DNA of 63,554 nucleotides, the filler included, from Gonapodya sp. JEL0774 (taxonomy: Eukaryota), in assembly GCA_027604505.1 (NCBI GenBank). It is 10 parts of 10 records of this genome, joined end to end, with 100 filler letters (N's around TTAATTAATTAA, not from the genome) between each part and the next. Parts side by side here need not be neighbours in the genome. Positions count along the whole stretch, not along the records: positions 6,408 to 12,711 come from JADIIX010000612.1; positions 12,812 to 19,100 come from JADIIX010000613.1; positions 19,201 to 25,486 come from JADIIX010000614.1; 7 more parts are not named here. One strand, 5' to 3'. The position numbers and the translations under genes were made by a program. The stretch's first letter is position 1, and each line of letters starts with the position of its first letter. The notes beneath the pieces were generated by a model. It did no database searches. It saw only the letters and a program-made list of their open reading frames with translations, and had not been told where the DNA came from. Positions 11,739 to 23,767 of the stretch are shown piece after piece.

Positions 11739-12711
11739 ATGCCAGATTCGCTGCAATCGCTCCCAATCATCGCCAATCCGCCGCCATCGCCTTGCGCCGT
11801 GGTCTTTGACAGTTTTACACAATCGTGGCTCTCTCTTTCATCTCCCGTTAAAGTTTGGTCCGTCTCCGATCTATCCCAGATTGCTTCAGCTCTGGACGAG
11901 CTCGAGAACTGTGTGGCTGCTGGGGAGGGTACCGCGGCAGGCTGGGTAGCCTATGAAGCAGCACCTGCTTTCGATCCGCGACTGGAAGTGCGACCTGCGG
12001 GCGAAGTACCGCTGCTCTGGTTTGGTCTCTTTACAAAAAGGGAACGAATAGCGCTGCCGAGTCCCGAAGGGGCCTTTAGTTCTGACTCGAACTTGTCGCG
12101 AGCAGATTGGGTCAAGGAGGTCTCACCGCGTCAGTACGAAGACTCTATACGACGAGTTTTGGACTATATCCGTGAGGGCGAAACGTACCAGGTCAACTTT
12201 ACGTTTCGGCAACGTACCGAATTCAACGCGGAACCGTGGAATCTCTTCCTCCGTCTCGTGGCAGCACAGGAAAAGACCTATGGAGCATATGTGGACACTG
12301 GACGATTTGTCGTGTGCAGCGCGTCACCCGAGCTGTTTTTCACACTCGAAGGCGATCGAATCGTGTCTTTGCCGATGAAGGGAACGGCCGCCAGAGGTTT
12401 GACTCTTGCACAGGATAGAGAACAGGCAAGGGAACTCTTAGCGTCTGAGAAGGAACGTGCGGAGAATCTCATGATCACAGATATGGTATGGAACTCAGCT
12501 GCCGATTGGAGCTCTTACTAGTACATATCATTTGAATGAACTCTCCTCCCCTCAAATCATTGCAGGTTCGCAATGACCTCGGCCGCATCTCCATTCCCGG
12601 CACAGTTCAAGTGCCCCACCTCTTCAACGTCGAAAAGTATCCCACATTCTGGACCATGACGTCCACAGTCGTCGCCAATCTTGCGCCCGCACACAACTCT
12701 CTTCGATCTGT
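11739..12711 (+). CDS. pabB: Aminodeoxychorismate synthase component I (PabB-like, bacterial-type, no N-terminal GATase); one intron about 12486-12566; truncated at contig end
   Basis: GWVAYEAAPAFD, PLLWFGLF, IREGETYQVNFT, SASPELFF, PMKGTAARG, SEKERAENLMITDM/VRNDLGRI. Confidence 0.88.
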
Positions 12712-12811
12712 NNNNNNNNNNNNNNNNNNNNNNNNNNNNNNNNNNNNNNNNNNNNTTAATTAATTAANNNNNNNNNNNNNNNNNNNNNNNNNNNNNNNNN
12801 NNNNNNNNNNN

Positions 12812-13158
12812 ATATAATAGTAAGTTCGCTATCGTGTGAGTAACGACCGTATACGAGAGCTTGAACTCACATTCCTCAATGACTGAACGGCCAAAATCTG
12901 ATCGCCCGTCCGCATTATTCCGGCAACCCATAGTCTCCGCGTCGCTCGTGTACATCCTATATCCAAAGAATGGTGAGAAATCATCGGCTGCTCCGCGAAA
13001 TGCCCGTTCTCGGAAGCAAAGGAATGTGGGGAAACCTTACCGAGTACTGTCCTTCCTGGCGTCACAGCGGAAACGTAGAAGAAAAACACATGATACACCA
13101 CGAATAACGCAAGAACGAGACAAGCAAGGAGGATGGACAGGAATTCGTGAGAGTCCAT
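12812..13158 (-). CDS. DUF599-family membrane protein (5' part, truncated)
   Basis: TM segment ending YHVFFF..PGRTVLG, then TRRLWVAGIM..ILAVQSLRN, matching the DUF599 pattern. Confidence 0.75.
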
Positions 13159-13315
13159 GTTGCTCGGGGGCAGGTCAGCCAAATGATGTGGAACAGCGGA
13201 GTTTATGATTAGTCACAAGAAAACCTCGTGAGTCGTCGTGAAAGCCAATCAAAAAAGAAGAACCAAAGAACAGAGATTTTACATTCTATATTTTAGTATA
13301 AAGCGAGCCCAGAAA

Positions 13316-14583
13316 TCATCTCTGATCCCCTCTCGCTGCCACAATGACGTCCTCCCAATTCCACCCACCATTCCTCGTATAGTTCGTGAAACATCCAAAC
13401 TCGTTGGAGAGCCTCCCACCTCTATGTTGCGGCTTGAATGAGGTGAGATGGATATTGAGTAAGGAAAGAAGGAAGGGCTGCAGTACCGACCTGAGTACCA
13501 ATGACAGGAAGAGGTGACTGAAATGACGTCTTGAGTATAAACTGGTTATGAAGCCATTTGAAAACTCACCCAGTACACGCAATTATCCTGCAACCGCTTT
13601 TCTCCATCCACCGTACTGTCTGGGCGACCTTTCCCCAACATTCCTCACTTAGAAACGGCGGATCCACCACCAGCACATCCATACTCTCCTTCAAGTCGAG
13701 CTCTTGACGAAACTGTGTTTCACATGGCACTGTGTAGTCGTATCGGTGGAAGTGGAAGACTGGAGGACGGTGGAGGAGGTTGAAACGCGGATCTACTTCG
13801 AAGAGGTGGAGAGAGACTGGGGTGGGAGCGGTTATGGATGGGGGATTGGATAGTAGGAGGGACTTTGCGGGACGTGTGGTTCAGTATGGAAATGAGAACG
13901 ATTGAAGTCCCTGATTCTGCCCGACGTGATGCGATGTGACAATCAAATCATAGCACAACAATGAACGTCTTAGATGCTTGACGTCGGTCGTTGGTAATGG
14001 GAGTCAGGTTTCTTGATCACGACCCCTCGGCTTTCCGTCATAAGTGCCTTCAAGTGCTGAACTCACCCTCAATTTGACGAACACGCTCGGAGCGCACAAA
14101 ACACCGATCTTTCTCGTTCCTCCGCCTTCCGCCTCCGATCCAGCTCCCGAGACCGCCTGTTCGGTGGGGTTTGTGCTTTCGAACGACTTTAGCGGTATCA
14201 CCGGAGTAATGTAGGCCGCCGCCACTGCTTCCCGAGCCAACGCTTCTGCCGTCACATCATCATACTATTGAAATGTATCCGAGTAAGAGGTAAGGAGTTT
14301 CGTGAGCGAGAAACAATAACGCTGGAGTGTCTTCACCCCAATCACCCACCCAAAACTGCGACATTTGCCAATCCTCTTCAAAATCTGCGATTCCTAGGTC
14401 CTCTGGTTCCTTGGACTCCTCCTCTCCTATCGCGTTAACCCCGGCGAATCTCTCCTCGGCCCCCTTTCTCAAACGTTCAAATCTTTCTTCTTGCTCATTC
14501 TTCTCTTGGATGAACGAGGTAAGCGCAGCTAATGCTGCAGCCGAGAGCATAGGCGGATCATCGTCGTCTTCCGGCGAAGGCAT
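13316..14583 (-). CDS. EFM5: EEF1A lysine methyltransferase (EFM5/N6AMT2-like), multi-exon
   Basis: LSAAALAAL, FEEDWQMSQFW/YDD, CAPSVF, LFEVDPRF, VVDPPFLSEEC, IIACTG, FKPQH..LSNEFGCFTNY. Confidence 0.9.
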
Positions 14584-14819
14584 CTCGGTTTGGAGATTCA
14601 GAGGAGTTGGGAGTGGGCAGGACGAGCCTCACGGTGCCGTTCATGCAATCATGTGAAAATTGACAAGTTTCCAAGGATTCCGCCAGAATAGCATCCCCAA
14701 GTCTGTTCGTCGCTCTCTGCGAAGACGATTCACTGAATGTGAACTTCTTAATAACGCAAACTACAGCTTGTTCCGCCAGCTCTGTACGTTGGTTTTAGCC
14801 ATGCACAACTGTTCATAGA

Positions 14820-16137
14820 ATGACTGGAACGACCTACGCAGACCTCCCTCTCGAATCATGGCTCTAGTTGTGCAACTACCTACCTCCATTGGTTCTCCTT
14901 ATCCTTCGCTCGGCCTCAACGACGGCGAAACGTGCTGTAGACGGGTCCCTGCCAATGATTGTTCTCGAAGCAGCCAAAACACACCGTCGAACGGGGTTAA
15001 TTGTTTCCGTTGATTTTCCCAATAGACGATGCTTGTTTTCTGGAAACCTGCCGATCGTTCGCCCGGAAGTGCCGGGGTGTGGACGTTGACCTCATTGGGT
15101 ATCGGACCTTCTTTTCAAATCAAGGCACGCGGGAGCAAGATTGTCCGCATCTAGAACGGCGGATTGCGTGATCGAATGTGGTGTTGACAGGGAGGACTTG
15201 CATGGCCTTTGGGCAGCGTCGGGTTATGGCAGTCTTGGGACGACTGAAAATGAAGCCGCGGTTCAAGCAGTTGCAATCGAGACACTGCTGGCATCGGTGC
15301 GCGATCGGCATGATCCAAATATTCCCTCGTATAAGTACATCCTCGAAAAACCGACTTGGTCATTCACATGGGTCGAAGTGCCTGAACCCTTCGACGTTTC
15401 GGACGATGGAGATGGCTCTCAACCCTCCGACATTTCGGAGGATGGAAATGGCCCTGTACCTTCCGAATTCTTAGAGGAAGGGGATGGCCCTGTACCTTCC
15501 GAACTTCCGGAGGAAGGAGATGGCCCTGGACCTTCTGAACTTTCAGAGGAAGGAGATGGCCCTGTACTTCCTTCTTTGCATCCGATGACGGATGGTCAAC
15601 TTTCGCAGCTCAGTTCTCAAAGCCATAGCATTCACAATTGGCTACCATCGCCTCTATTCTGAAAAATTCACTATTGAAATTTTTGGCCAACCCGGAACAC
15701 TAAAGGAGTTTTACACCAGCTTTTTTGAACAAGCTGATGGCGCTACCTTCATCCCATCACTTACCGTGTTGTGGCTTGTTCAATGGCGCTTTTACCCCTG
15801 GACCCTGGACCTTGAAGAGAGCATGGAAGCCCTTGTCGGAGCGGCTATTTAAGATCGACCACACGCACTCTTACCATTGTGGATATTGACCACAAGGAAC
15901 CGCACTCGGCGTCGACCCTCCGACGGCAATGTTGGAAAGCAGGTGGCAATGATCCTTTTTGACAACGTCCCTAATTCCTCTGCCTCATGGGCGGTGTTGG
16001 AGGACGTTGTACCTGTGGTTTCGCAATTGACCGCGTGCTATGTCTGTTCATTCGCTTTTCATTTTGCAGCTTCATTTCCAGAATCGCGTATAGTCTTGGA
16101 TTTCTTTGCGGCGCCGTCAAGACCTCAAAAAATATAG
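14820..16137 (+). pseudogene. F-box-like gene with in-frame stop, acidic repeats and apparent frameshift
   Basis: MTGTTYADLPLESWL*LCNYLPPLVLLILRSAS with TAG at 14865-14867. Downstream coding is broken into overlapping frames (15141-15662, 15592-15852). Confidence 0.55.
15402..15573 (+). repeat. 36-bp coding tandem repeat (about 4.8 units, EEGDGPVPSExx)
   Basis: Units such as gaggaaggagatggccctggaccttctgaactttca recur with a 36-nt period. Confidence 0.9.
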
Positions 16138-16466
16138 GAAAAGACACACTGATTGGGAGATCTGACACTGAAGCATTATGATATGGTTAAGCGTGGGGCA
16201 TGTACTGTGATAAATCCTGATCATCATGTCTAATGAGAGTTGGTTTGGCGCTCCTATGCATGCTCAGCTCTCCTCACTCCTTTGGAACCTCCCACTTACT
16301 ATAAAGCGATAGTTTGACACCATTATGCGGACTGCGGTGGCGGGGACAAAATAAAATAGGAGCAATAGCACTCGCTACATTTGGACAGCGCCTGGTTCCC
16401 AGACCCTTCAGAATTTGCTCCCGACCAGTTTCCAAAATTTCGGCGAGTCCTTCCCATCCACCGCCC

Positions 16467-17657
16467 ATGTCCATTCCCGCCATTCCGTCCCCGCTTACCA
16501 ACTTTTCACCTGGACCTCCTACGCTCGTCCGCGACGGTAAAGTCTACGAATACGTCACCACACTTGACTTCTTCACCGACGACGAACTGTACGTGATCGC
16601 TTCAAAATGGCCGGATGTGCTTTTGAAAGTTCTCTGCGCTGACCAGCTCCATATCACTTGTTCGGATGATTGACGCCCGGTTGTCCCGGACCGTTGGGCA
16701 TCCTCGCGTGACCTCCGGCAGCTGGTCCAACGCGCCAACCCGTGGCTTCATCCACGACCGCATCGTGCCCGCGTCTGCATCGGGTCCTGATGGCGTGGTC
16801 AAGTCCGGTCCGGACTCGGACCAGATAATGTATCGTATACAAATCGCCGTCGTGTGGAGGGAAGGGGAGTTTGTCGCCGTGACGAACGTGGGTTCTCGAG
16901 AACAAAAGAGACCAACTGCTACGCTTTCGATAGGATTCGGAAGACTCACAACTAAGCAATAACCAACCCAGACCTGCCCCCACGCCGGTGTCGATCTGGC
17001 CTCTGGCTCCCTCACCGACATTGAACAGCTCGGTGACAGCGTGAGGAAGCAGGTTGACGGGGCCAGGAGGAAAGTCGGGGCGGTGTGCGGTGTGAGTAAG
17101 ACGGGGGAAGTTGGCCAGCTGGACGGGGCAATGAGCAAGGGGAACGGGAAGGGGAAAGATAGATGGGCGCTCGTATGTCCCGCGCACGGGTGGTGAGTAC
17201 TAGCTCATCACTTCTGTGCGCCGGGTAGCTCACAATGCGGGTCTGTGTCGTCCCCTCGACGTCGCCCCGGATGCCACCACGCTGAACCTGTGTGCCGGTT
17301 GCGACCAGGCTCTTCGACCCCCTCACGGGCACTTGTCTCTCCTCGCCGACTTACGCGGTGGACGTGTTCGAGGTATTAGTGGATCCACCAGTGTCCGTAG
17401 ATTCGAGCAGCGCCCCCGCCACCACGAGTACGGCCCTCACAACCTCAGTGTCGGAATCTGACTCGACGCAGACGCCAGAAACGTCACCTGCACCTGGTGC
17501 ACCACCCACACTGACACCCATGCCCGACTCCCTCCGCAAAATCTGGGTCAGCCGAGACCGCATCAATAGCACCACGGAGGGCATGCGGCGGATCGTGAGG
17601 AGGAAGGTGATGGGGAGCGGTGGTACCCCAGGCTCGGGAGTCAGTTCCAAAGCGTGA
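16467..17657 (+). CDS. Rieske [2Fe-2S] domain protein, multi-exon
   Basis: FVAVTN/TCPHAGVDLASG and VCPAHG/xLFDPLTGTCLSSP give the CxH..CxxH Rieske boxes. Confidence 0.75.
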
Positions 17658-18133
17658 GCCACTGACTGAGCAAGGGCGGTGGGGGGAGGTTCTGGTTCTG
17701 GAGAGAGTTCCACGAGACGCGCCGCACTGTACCTTCATAACACTATATATATTACAACACAGCGCTACTAAATACGATGATATGCACTACACGCGTCAGC
17801 ACTGTTACATCAAATCAGTTTTCTGTCGTAGCCGTTTCGGACGGTAGTGGGGAAACACTTTGGGGACTTCGAATGAGCGCATCAACGATCAAGGGCATAG
17901 ATATGCAAGTGTCTGCACGGCCACGGCAATGGCCGAGGACCGGATTTGAATGGGTAAATGCCAGCTGGTGTTGTTGCAGAGAAGAAGCGTTCGACAACAG
18001 GTACGTGGGGGGAAACGCCCGCACGCAGTCTACTGCGTTGGTTCATGGATTTGGCAGAGACATGCCCGCGGTACAATACCGTGCAAGCAGTAGTCCAAGT
18101 GAGGGCCAGAAATCGCCCCACCACAGCGGCTAG

Positions 18134-18985
18134 TCAGCCAGTACGCAAGTTCTGAGTGGTGCTTTCTTTCGTGGACCCGTCGGCGACGGCCTGTACCACG
18201 GCCCTCACGAACTTGGCGACCCTCACAGCATGTGCACCGTCGCGTCGCCCTGTCAAGATGTCTGGAGGGTCAGAGTCCGTGTCCGTTTCGACGAGTTCCC
18301 TGTATAACCCTAGATCCCCGACCTCCCCACCGACTCTCCGACCATCAACGTAAACAAACACGGCAGGTAGCGCACTGCGGTAGTCGAGCTCGAGATCGTC
18401 TGCGATGGTAGTGGGGCTGTTGCGGGGGTCGATTTTGTATATTGAGAAGATGATGGTTTGTGGTGGATGAGCCGGGGTGTTGTCATGTGATAGAGAGAGT
18501 GGGAGTGCAGTGGGGGAGGAAATCGACACGGAGAAAGAAGGTGCAAGGGTGAGAAGAGTGGCAGATAGGAGAGAAGAGAGAGCTTTACACGCTGTGCAAG
18601 ATGGAGTTGTGACCAGGAGAAGGTCGAGTTTGGGGACTGAGGGAGTGGAGGCAAAGGCGTCATAGTCAGAGACAGAGAGCGGACTGAATTCGAGCGTGGT
18701 GTCAGTGTCGAGGAACGATTTCCAGAACCCGATTGATGGTGTCGGAACGTGAGTCGACTGATCCGACTCATCGCCCCACCCGACCAAGAAAGGAAACGAT
18801 CTGTCATCGACGTGAATGACCTGCGCGTCGAGATCGAGGATGTTGCGGTTTCGCGTTACGAATGTGTGGGATTGAGTGAAGTTGGTCGGGCTGCCGAGCG
18901 AAGTTGGGAGTGCAGCTCGTGGGTTCACGATGGGAAAACGTATTGCGTGGACGAGATACCCGCTGTGATGAAGCCGACGGGACAT
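18134..18985 (-). CDS. Thioredoxin-like protein with CxxC
   Basis: LLLVTTPSCTACKAL..IYKID..ALPAVFVYVDGRRVG. Arg-rich N-terminus, possibly a mitochondrial presequence. Start uncertain. Confidence 0.65.
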   Translation of the reverse strand: MSRRLHHSGYLVHAIRFPIVNPRAALPTSLGSPTNFTQSHTFVTRNRNILDLDAQVIHVDDRSFPFLVGWGDESDQSTHVPTPSIGFWKSFLDTDTTLEFSPLSVSDYDAFASTPSVPKLDLLLVTTPSCTACKALSSLLSATLLTLAPSFSVSISSPTALPLSLSHDNTPAHPPQTIIFSIYKIDPRNSPTTIADDLELDYRSALPAVFVYVDGRRVGGEVGDLGLYRELVETDTDSDPPDILTGRRDGAHAVRVAKFVRAVVQAVADGSTKESTTQNLRTG

Positions 18986-19200
18986 GCGGCCGGTCAGTCC
19001 CAGAAGCGCATGCATCTCAAGGTATGATGTGAGAAACGAGGAGACAACTTCTTTATGGTGCATGGATGATAATGACGACATGACCTGAAACAATTCCGCC
19101 NNNNNNNNNNNNNNNNNNNNNNNNNNNNNNNNNNNNNNNNNNNNTTAATTAATTAANNNNNNNNNNNNNNNNNNNNNNNNNNNNNNNNNNNNNNNNNNNN

Positions 19201-20954
19201 ATACCCTTTGCGAAAATGAGAATATCGGGGCGAAGGCCGGACTCCTCGACGGCCCAGTATGTGCCTGTGCGGCCCATGCCGGTTTGGACCTGGGTGTGCG
19301 GTCGGGGAGGAAGACGATGACAGAACGTTCGTGCGTAGGGAACACAGACGGGGTCGTGGTGAATTTACCTCGTCGGCGATCAAAAGGATACCGTGCTTGT
19401 CCGCGATCTTCCGAAGGCCTTGGAGGAACGCGGCGGGCATGGGGACGTACCCACCCTCGCCCAGAACGGGTTCGATGACCATCGCGGCGGTATCCTGCAG
19501 CACACGGTGGCAAAGACACGAAAGAGGGGAGGAGACAACGAGGGCCGAGATGGGAGATGGTGAGTTTCGTTATTTTCGGGAATTGGTTCCGTGGTAATAT
19601 ACAAAACGTGTCTCGGATCGTACCTCTGGGGCGCTCTGCATTTTCAACAGCATCTCCATCTGTTGAAGCGCCTCTTGAACACAGTGAGATTCGTCAGCGC
19701 CGGGCTGGTTGCAGATGTTTGCGGAGCAGTGGTGCGCGTAAGGAACTAGATTGAAAGGAACGAAAGCCGAATCGAAAGTGTGGAAAGCGCGTCAGGAAGT
19801 GTCCAGGGTTCCGTATGACGGTGAAGGTTACTGCTCACCGGGGGCGACGAAAACTTGGGGCATTAGAGGACCGAATCCAGTTCGGTAGACAGTTTTGGAG
19901 GTGGTCATCGCCACTGATGAGAACAACGGGGACAAAATATATTGTTCGTCAACACGAGGAAAGAACATCCCCGACTGAAGACGACACGTGAAACGTACTG
20001 GTTCCCATAGTTCGGCCGTGATATCTGGTGGTCCGGTGTAAAAGATCAATATTAACGACAATATACCACAAATTTTAACGGTAGAGACTTACCCTCCGTT
20101 GAAAACGATGATGTTCGACTTCTTCGTGGCCTGACGAGCCAGTTTGACCGCCGCTTCCACAGCTTCGGCGCCGGACTGATTGTGAGAGATTCAACGTTTC
20201 AATCAACGTCCAGTATCTCCTTTTGCTGTGAATGTGTTGGCGTCACTCACGTTCCAGAAGAAAAACGTGTCGAGGCTGGGGTGCGGCATGATGTCTTTCA
20301 TTCGTGCAATGAGCTCGATCATGGGTTTATGAAGGACAATGTTAACCTGTCAGAACCCACGATAACAAGCGGATGATCAACCGAGCGATATCAGGTTGAT
20401 GCAGTCTTCTCAGATCAAAGCTGCCTGCGACTTGGGCCGTACCTGCGCGTGTGCAATCTTTCCCGCCTGCTCCTGCACCGCCTTGACCACCGCCGGATGC
20501 GAATGTCCCGTACTGGTCACACCTATACCCGCCGTGACGTCCAGCACCTTCTTCCCCGACACGGTATGCAGCCACACACCCGAGCCGGATTCGATCACCA
20601 GGCTCGACGACCGGCCGATACCTTTGGTGGTATGAGCGATGCCGTAGGCGGCGAGTTCCATCTCAGTCGCTCGGCTGGGGTCGAAAGTGGGGTGGGCTGA
20701 GGCTGATGGTGCGGTTGTGAGGAAATGGGAGATGGAGGCGACATCAGTGGGGTGTTTCCAATGAGAAACGAGCCCAGACAAGGCTTCCAGATGGCGATAT
20801 ATCAAGCACCCACGCCGTCCAATCTCTACTCCACTTTCCGTCCAAACGAGGCCTTCTCATCATCAGATTCCGGCTCTGACTCACCTTCCACCGCCGCAGC
20901 CGCAGCCTGCTTCCCCGCCACCGACGTCGCGACGTTCATTGCTACAGGAGACAT
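19201..20954 (-). CDS. Class III PLP aminotransferase (4-aminobutyrate aminotransferase-like), multi-exon, truncated
   Basis: LDVTAGIGVTSTGHSHP, NSGAEAVEAAVKLAR, YHGRTMG, IEPVLGEGGY, LLIADE/xQTGMGRTG, PDILIFAKG. Confidence 0.9.
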
Positions 20955-22559
20955 GGATACAGCTGCATGTTCAAGGTACAAGGCGGGAGCGGAGGAAACC
21001 GGGTCAGAATGAGCGATATGCTTCGAGCGATCACAAGAGGACCTCACTTTTGGCAAGTCCAGATGATCGACCGAGACTTCTCGCAAGGGCGTGCATCGTA
21101 AAGTTCAGCGCTTTTATTCGAGCAAAGGTCGGCAACGAGGGAGCAATTGAAAATACGGGAGAAAGCGTTGTCCAGGTGCTTGTGCGGGCCGAGATTCACG
21201 CGGGAGCAACTCCGCACATCACAACGCACCGCACAGTCTGTCGACGGCCCGAATGAGAAGGAGCACAAAACAAATGAACGAACAATTCGGATAGTATTTG
21301 CTGCACCGGGAGCGAACTGAATTTTGCTGCCGGTGTCATGAAAGTTCAATTTTCTACCAACCCATCGAAACAGAAAGATGAAATTGCATCACTCAGGTCA
21401 CCCTTTCAAAAGGTTTGGCATCGCAAAAGACAGCTGATGGCAAACCGCCGGTGGAGCTGCTGCAGTCCGTTCAATGATTACGTCACAATGACTTCACCAT
21501 CAACGCACAACGGACGGATCAGCTCCAACTGACAGGGGCACGCACGTGCAACCAGAATAGCGGATTATAATATTCGAAGAAACTCACAAACGAGGATATA
21601 CAATCTACAGTGATGTCTCGTACGACAGCGATTACGAAACATGATCATGTCCACCCGATCCCACATTANNNNNNNNNNNNNNNNNNNNNNNNNNNNNNNN
21701 NNNNNNNNNNNNNNNNNNNNNNNNNNNNNNNNNNNNNNNNNNNNNNNNNNNNNNNNNNNNNNNNNNNNNNNNNNNNNNNNNNNNNNNNNNNNNNNNNNNN
21801 NNNNNNNNNNNNNNNNNNNNNNNNNNNNNNNNNNNNNNNNNNNNNNNNAATTGTCTTTTCCAACATTTTTGTTTCGATTCGGGGGGGGCGGGGGGGGGGT
21901 ATTGGGATATAGTCCAAATGATGGAGCGACGGTCTCATCCAGACAGGTTGATATTGATGGTCGGAGAAGAGTTCGTCACCCTACCCTGGTCTGATTCCAG
22001 TAGAAGTTGCGAACCCCTCACGAGGCCATCCATCGTAGCACCGCCAATCCATCCGAGTCTGCAGAATCACGCACTCTACCATCTCCTCCGCTGCTCTCAC
22101 GTCCACGCCCTTCACATGGTCACCACCCTCCTCAACCTGCTCCGTTCCCTGGGCACGTACGCGTCCACCTTCCACGGCGAGAACCTCACTTCACCGCGGC
22201 TGGTGGGCGAGGAGGTTTGGGCAGAGGTGTAGTCGATGCATGCTGTGCGGCGGGGCTGGCGGGCTGGAGTGTGACGGGGCCGGGAACCGCGGAGGCGGAA
22301 GAGGAGCTAAGGTGGGAATGGGGGGTGGGAGGGAGGACGGAGGGAGGGAGGGAGTTGTGAGTGGCTGTTACGGTCGCATACAACTAGCGACATTGTTATT
22401 CGAGATGTGTCTTCAAGTCGCTCCCTCGAATGCGCTTGGTTGATTAGGGCGGCGACAGCTGTGGAATGTCCGACTGGGTGGGCGGCCAGACCACGATGTT
22501 GCAGCAATATATCGAACAGTACGACACAAGCGCGTGCTAGAGACCACTCAGCCATAGTG

Positions 22560-23198
22560 TTAAGACCAAATTTGAGAGCGTTGAGGGCTCTCGAAGTCCA
22601 ATTCTTCCCATTTCGAGCAAATAGAACGGCCACGAAGTGACATACTCACCATCCTCACCCTCTGTGTTTCTGAGCTGGGAGGGAAATTCCTCCAAGAACA
22701 CCGAGCAGAAGATCTGGATGGCGAAGTGGGAGACTCCGGCGATGGAGAGCGTCGTGAAGAAGCACCGGGTGGGGCAGGAGAAGGTGGTGAGGCCAGTTCG
22801 TCCTCAGAGTCGGAGTTCTGCGCTTCTTCACTCGTCGCAGTGCTGACAGATATCAAGGGTACAGGTGGCGGAGGAGGAAGCGTCGCGAGTTCGTCCTCGT
22901 CTGAGCTCCAATCAACCGAGTATTCGTCTAGCTGTAAAGGTTCTGCCGAACTGTTCCCAGCGACCACCGGAGGTCGCTTCAGACCCTCGCAGTCGTCGGA
23001 GCTGGCAGGAAAACGAGTTTCCAGAGCTGGAGATTCGGCGTGGGAGTCCACGAAGGTCTGACCTTCGACTTCCATATCTGGGACGTGCGGGGCGGGGTAA
23101 CTTGCGGGCGCGGACAGCGAGTGCGGGGCGGGAAGGAGAAGAGGGTGTGGAGACAGAGGGAAGTATAAGGTTGGAACTGTGTCTCTGCTGCTCGGCAT
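22560..23198 (-). CDS. Hypothetical low-complexity Pro/Ser/acidic protein (probably continues in further exons)
   Basis: Long ORF with a GTGAGT donor near 22650. No recognisable domain. Confidence 0.35.
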   Translation of the reverse strand: MPSSRDTVPTLYFPLSPHPLLLPAPHSLSAPASYPAPHVPDMEVEGQTFVDSHAESPALETRFPASSDDCEGLKRPPVVAGNSSAEPLQLDEYSVDWSSDEDELATLPPPPPVPLISVSTATSEEAQNSDSEDELASPPSPAPPGASSRRSPSPESPTSPSRSSARCSWRNFPPSSETQRVRMVSMSLRGRSICSKWEELDFESPQRSQIWS

Positions 23199-23767
23199 TG
23201 TTGGTTGGGTTGGTTGGGTTTTTTGACGGTGGCTTCCTCTTGAGTACTTTGGGTTCAGTGTGACCGCAAAAAGATCGCCATGGCGGAGGTGGCGGGCGGA
23301 CTCAGCACACAATAACAACGTGGCAAAAATGGAAAGAGTCAAAACAACAGATGAATCGACGGAAGAACACAAATCCGACTCAATGAGACTTTTCGTGTAC
23401 GTTCTGTTTTTGCAGTTGAGATTTTCGGCTCTCTTTGAATCTTCACTCCACGTACATGTTCATATTACAGTCGAGAGATTAGCAACGTCTATGTCGAGTA
23501 ACGCCAATTTTTGTGGACGGGACTGAAGGCGGTTGTGGTCCCGGCGAGCTTTCATGAAACTCGATGACGTCAATCTAAAGAAAGCAAATGTTGGCGGCTG
23601 CCCCGCCATGGTTCATTCGAAAAGAAGTCTCTGTATACTGAACCGACGATGCTTTTCATTGCTTTGTGCTTGCGAAGGACTTTGTTGCTCAACCTCTTCT
23701 TGAGTCATGCTCTACAATTCCCCGGTCCCCCGACCTTGGCACACGTCGATGCTTTCCTTCCACCATT

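Noticed and set aside
11739..12711. Bacterial contamination as the source of pabB
   Set aside because: The gene has a GT-AG intron and shares a contig with intron-rich eukaryotic genes.
15402..15573. CRISPR-like 36-bp periodicity
   Set aside because: The units are contiguous coding repeats with no unique spacers and no cas genes, in a eukaryotic context.
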